From IMG/VR virus record IMGVR_UViG_3300032257_000073, positions 1 through 35,162 of that record: a stretch of DNA of 35,162 nucleotides. One strand, written 5' to 3'. The position numbers and the translations under genes were made by a program. This document shows, piece by piece, positions 33,415-35,162 of this stretch (position 1 is its first letter; each line of letters opens with the position of its first letter). Below the pieces are notes generated by a model. The model saw only the letters and a program-made list of their open reading frames with translations. It had not been told where the DNA came from and searched no databases. The stretch comes from a virus. Its lineage: Duplodnaviria > Caudoviricetes.

Positions 33415-33442
33415 CGGGGGTTATCTCACAAGGAAAATCATC

Positions 33443-33628
33443 ATGGAAAGCGGCATGGAGGCCCTGCGACGGGTCATCGAGGCGGAGGAGCGGGCCCTAG
33501 CTGGTGTGGCTCGGGGCTCGGGGGAGCGCTCAGAGGGCGACTCAGGGCAACTAAAGGAGCGGGCCGTGAGGCTGGTGGGGTTGCGGCTGGCGTGGTCGCT
33601 TGTGGCTGGAACTGCTACGTGTAGCTAG
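33443..33628 (+). CDS. Hypothetical 61-aa protein
   Basis: RBS AAGGA, ATG 33443; divergent from the early operon. Confidence 0.5.
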   Translation: MESGMEALRRVIEAEERALAGVARGSGERSEGDSGQLKERAVRLVGLRLAWSLVAGTATCS

Positions 33629-33640
33629 AACCATGACGAA

Positions 33641-34042
33641 AAGGGGGATCAAGGGGGAGCGGTGGGGGATCAATGGGGGATCATTGATCCCCCAGTCGAT
33701 GGGGGTGTGTTGGGGGTTGTGTGGGCTGGGGGTTGGGTGAAGATGACGGAAGTGGATAACTTTTGTGGATCAAGGGGGGCAGGATCGGGGAGCAACACCC
33801 ACAGCCCAGCCCCTATGGATCGCTGAAATGAGTGAAAAAAGGGTCTATATCTATATCTATAGATAGATCTGGCCGTTTCCAGGCGCTCCCCGGCCCAGCC
33901 GCCAGAACTGATCCCCGTGCTCCCCCATAGGGGGGGGCAGAACGGCCAATCTCCGCGATATCGCTGCCGCAGGGGGGTATACGGGGCCGTTCAGAAAGGG
34001 GGATCACTGATCCCCCCTTGATCCCCCGTGCTCCCCCTTTTT
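33641..34042. other. Putative replication origin: GGGGGATCA iterons in ~43-bp inverted repeats, DnaA-box-like 9-mers and AT-rich core
   Basis: Arms at 33651-33693 and 33998-34039; AGTGGATAA 33751-33759 and TGTGGATCA 33764-33772; (TCTATA)3 at 33844-33861. Confidence 0.6.
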
Positions 34043-34214
34043 GTCGTGTATCCAGCTACAAAGAGGCCTTTCGGCTACAAGCCTGTCGCTCCGGCCGCTA
34101 CACATGGGCCTGCGCCCAGCAGCCTCGGGCCGGGCTCGGGGCCCTGTAGGCTGTCGCTGGCCCCCAGGCACCCTGCCGGGGGCCGCCAACCCCAAGCGAC
34201 AGGAGCACCAGACC

Positions 34215-34394
34215 ATGGGCAACGGATGGAGACAACGCGAGCGGGACGCCGGGCGTGCCCGGGCCGCGAGACAGGCGGCCTCGAAGGAGGCCCGGCAGGC
34301 GGCAGCTGAGCCGGCCTCAGGTGGGGCGGGCGATGCTGAGGCCGAGGACCCGGGCGAGGCGGGCGAGGAGGGGTCGACCCCCCTCGAGTTCTGA
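34215..34394 (+). CDS. Hypothetical 59-aa protein (basic N-half, acidic C-half)
   Basis: RBS AGGAG at 34201, ATG 34215. Confidence 0.55.
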   Translation: MGNGWRQRERDAGRARAARQAASKEARQAAAEPASGGAGDAEAEDPGEAGEEGSTPLEF

Positions 34395-34628
34395 GGACGC
34401 GGAGGGGGGTGGGGGCGCGGTTCGGGGGCGCCTGGGTCCCATCGCGAAGACGGATAGTGGGTCCCACCCACGCGCGCGCACCCCCACCCCCCATCCCGCG
34501 AGCCGAGGCCCCCGCCCCCAGATTTTTTTTCTGACCCCACCACCCTGCTACGCTGCCCCCGTCATCCCTCCCGCAACCCCCGTCAGCTCCTCTTCCACGG
34601 CTGGCGGGGGTTGTTTAGTTAAACCCCC

Positions 34629-34657
34629 TTGCTTCACCAACAGCCACCAGATACCAT
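34629..34657 (+). promoter_or_regulatory. sigma70-type promoter candidate
   Basis: TTGCTT-N17-TACCAT, upstream of RBS AAGGAGGT and ATG 34684. Confidence 0.5.
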
Positions 34658-34683
34658 GCCCGCTCCTCAAGGAGGTGCGATCG

Positions 34684-35016
34684 ATGGCAAGACTCGAAGG
34701 GCGGGCCCTAGACAGGGCCGTAGCGGAGGCGATGGATCTGGAGATCCTCGAGGGGATGCTGGTCGAGGACGACGGCCAGCCCTCTGGCGCAGGGAACCTG
34801 TTCCCGATCCCGTCCTACTCCACCGACTACTCGGTGCTGCCGGAGCTGCGGGCGTGGTGGACACAGCTCGAGGGGCGCAACATCCTCGTCGTCGTCGTCC
34901 AGGGAGAGGTCACGGTCACGCTCTTCATCGGCTACAAGTTCGTCTACCAAGCCCAAGCCCCCGAGGAGCCAGAAGCCCTCTCCCGCGCAATCGTCGCGGC
35001 GGCGGGGGGTGGGTGA
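34684..35016 (+). CDS. Phage ABA-sandwich-domain (BC1872-like) protein
   Basis: G..LD.AVAE, P.YSTD and A...P.ALSRAI.A motifs; strong RBS. Confidence 0.7.
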   Translation: MARLEGRALDRAVAEAMDLEILEGMLVEDDGQPSGAGNLFPIPSYSTDYSVLPELRAWWTQLEGRNILVVVVQGEVTVTLFIGYKFVYQAQAPEEPEALSRAIVAAAGGG

Positions 35017-35162
35017 TGGACCAAGAGCACACCCACAGAGACAGCAGGAGTCGGTATCGGCTGGTCGAGCGCATGGAGCGTTCTCAGGGCATCATTAAGC
35101 GCCTCTCCGCCGAGCGCAACGCGCTGCGCCTGGCCCTGGCGAGGATCAGCGAGGGACGCGGC
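35016..35162 (+). CDS. Hypothetical protein, 3'-truncated
   Basis: TGATG overlap; MDQEHTHRDS...LSAERNALRLAL is open to the window end. Confidence 0.5.
   Translation, partial: MDQEHTHRDSRSRYRLVERMERSQGIIKRLSAERNALRLALARISEGRG

Larger units (their letters stand above)
1..35162. mobile_element. Tailed bacteriophage (podovirus-like, BPP-1-type structural module); partial genome
   Basis: Gene order capsid-cement-adaptor-nozzle-internal virion proteins-tailspike on +, with replication and early genes convergent on -. No host housekeeping genes. Terminase, portal and integrase are not in the window. Confidence 0.95.

Overview
This is about 35 kb of a high-GC (roughly two-thirds, by eye) tailed phage with a podovirus-type structural module resembling Bordetella phage BPP-1. 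The plus strand 1-17618 is the late operon: 5'-truncated major capsid, cement protein, tail adaptor and nozzle, three internal/ejection proteins (one ~2100 aa with an HExxH motif and an internal repeat block), a beta-helix tailspike and three small membrane/lipoprotein genes. No endolysin is recognisable. The minus strand 17615-33106 carries a replication/recombination module (Prim-Pol/PriCT-2/DUF3987, RadD-like SF2 helicase, Cas4-like nuclease, SSB-like protein, Sak4-like ATPase). It is preceded by an early cassette array: RHH regulator, tRNA-Tyr(GUA) missing from the ORF track, SprT-like protease, Lar-like Zn protein, C5 DNA methyltransferase and a Cys-rich protein. 33.1-34.1 kb is a control region with a structured leader, divergent sigma28(FliA)-type promoters and an origin-like inverted-repeat/iteron block with DnaA-box-like 9-mers. 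The most unusual signals are DNA-level ones inside genes: (i) an AT-rich 10-mer, CGTTTACACG, recurs 7 times exactly plus one variant with strict polarity, and its symmetric form overlaps the early promoter -35; (ii) a near-perfect chromosomal-type parS lies inside the giant virion gene; (iii) a conserved C/A-rich leader precedes about 12 minus-strand genes; (iv) the tRNA-Tyr has a tRNA-Sec-like 6-bp D-stem. All family calls come from motif recognition by eye; no searches were run.
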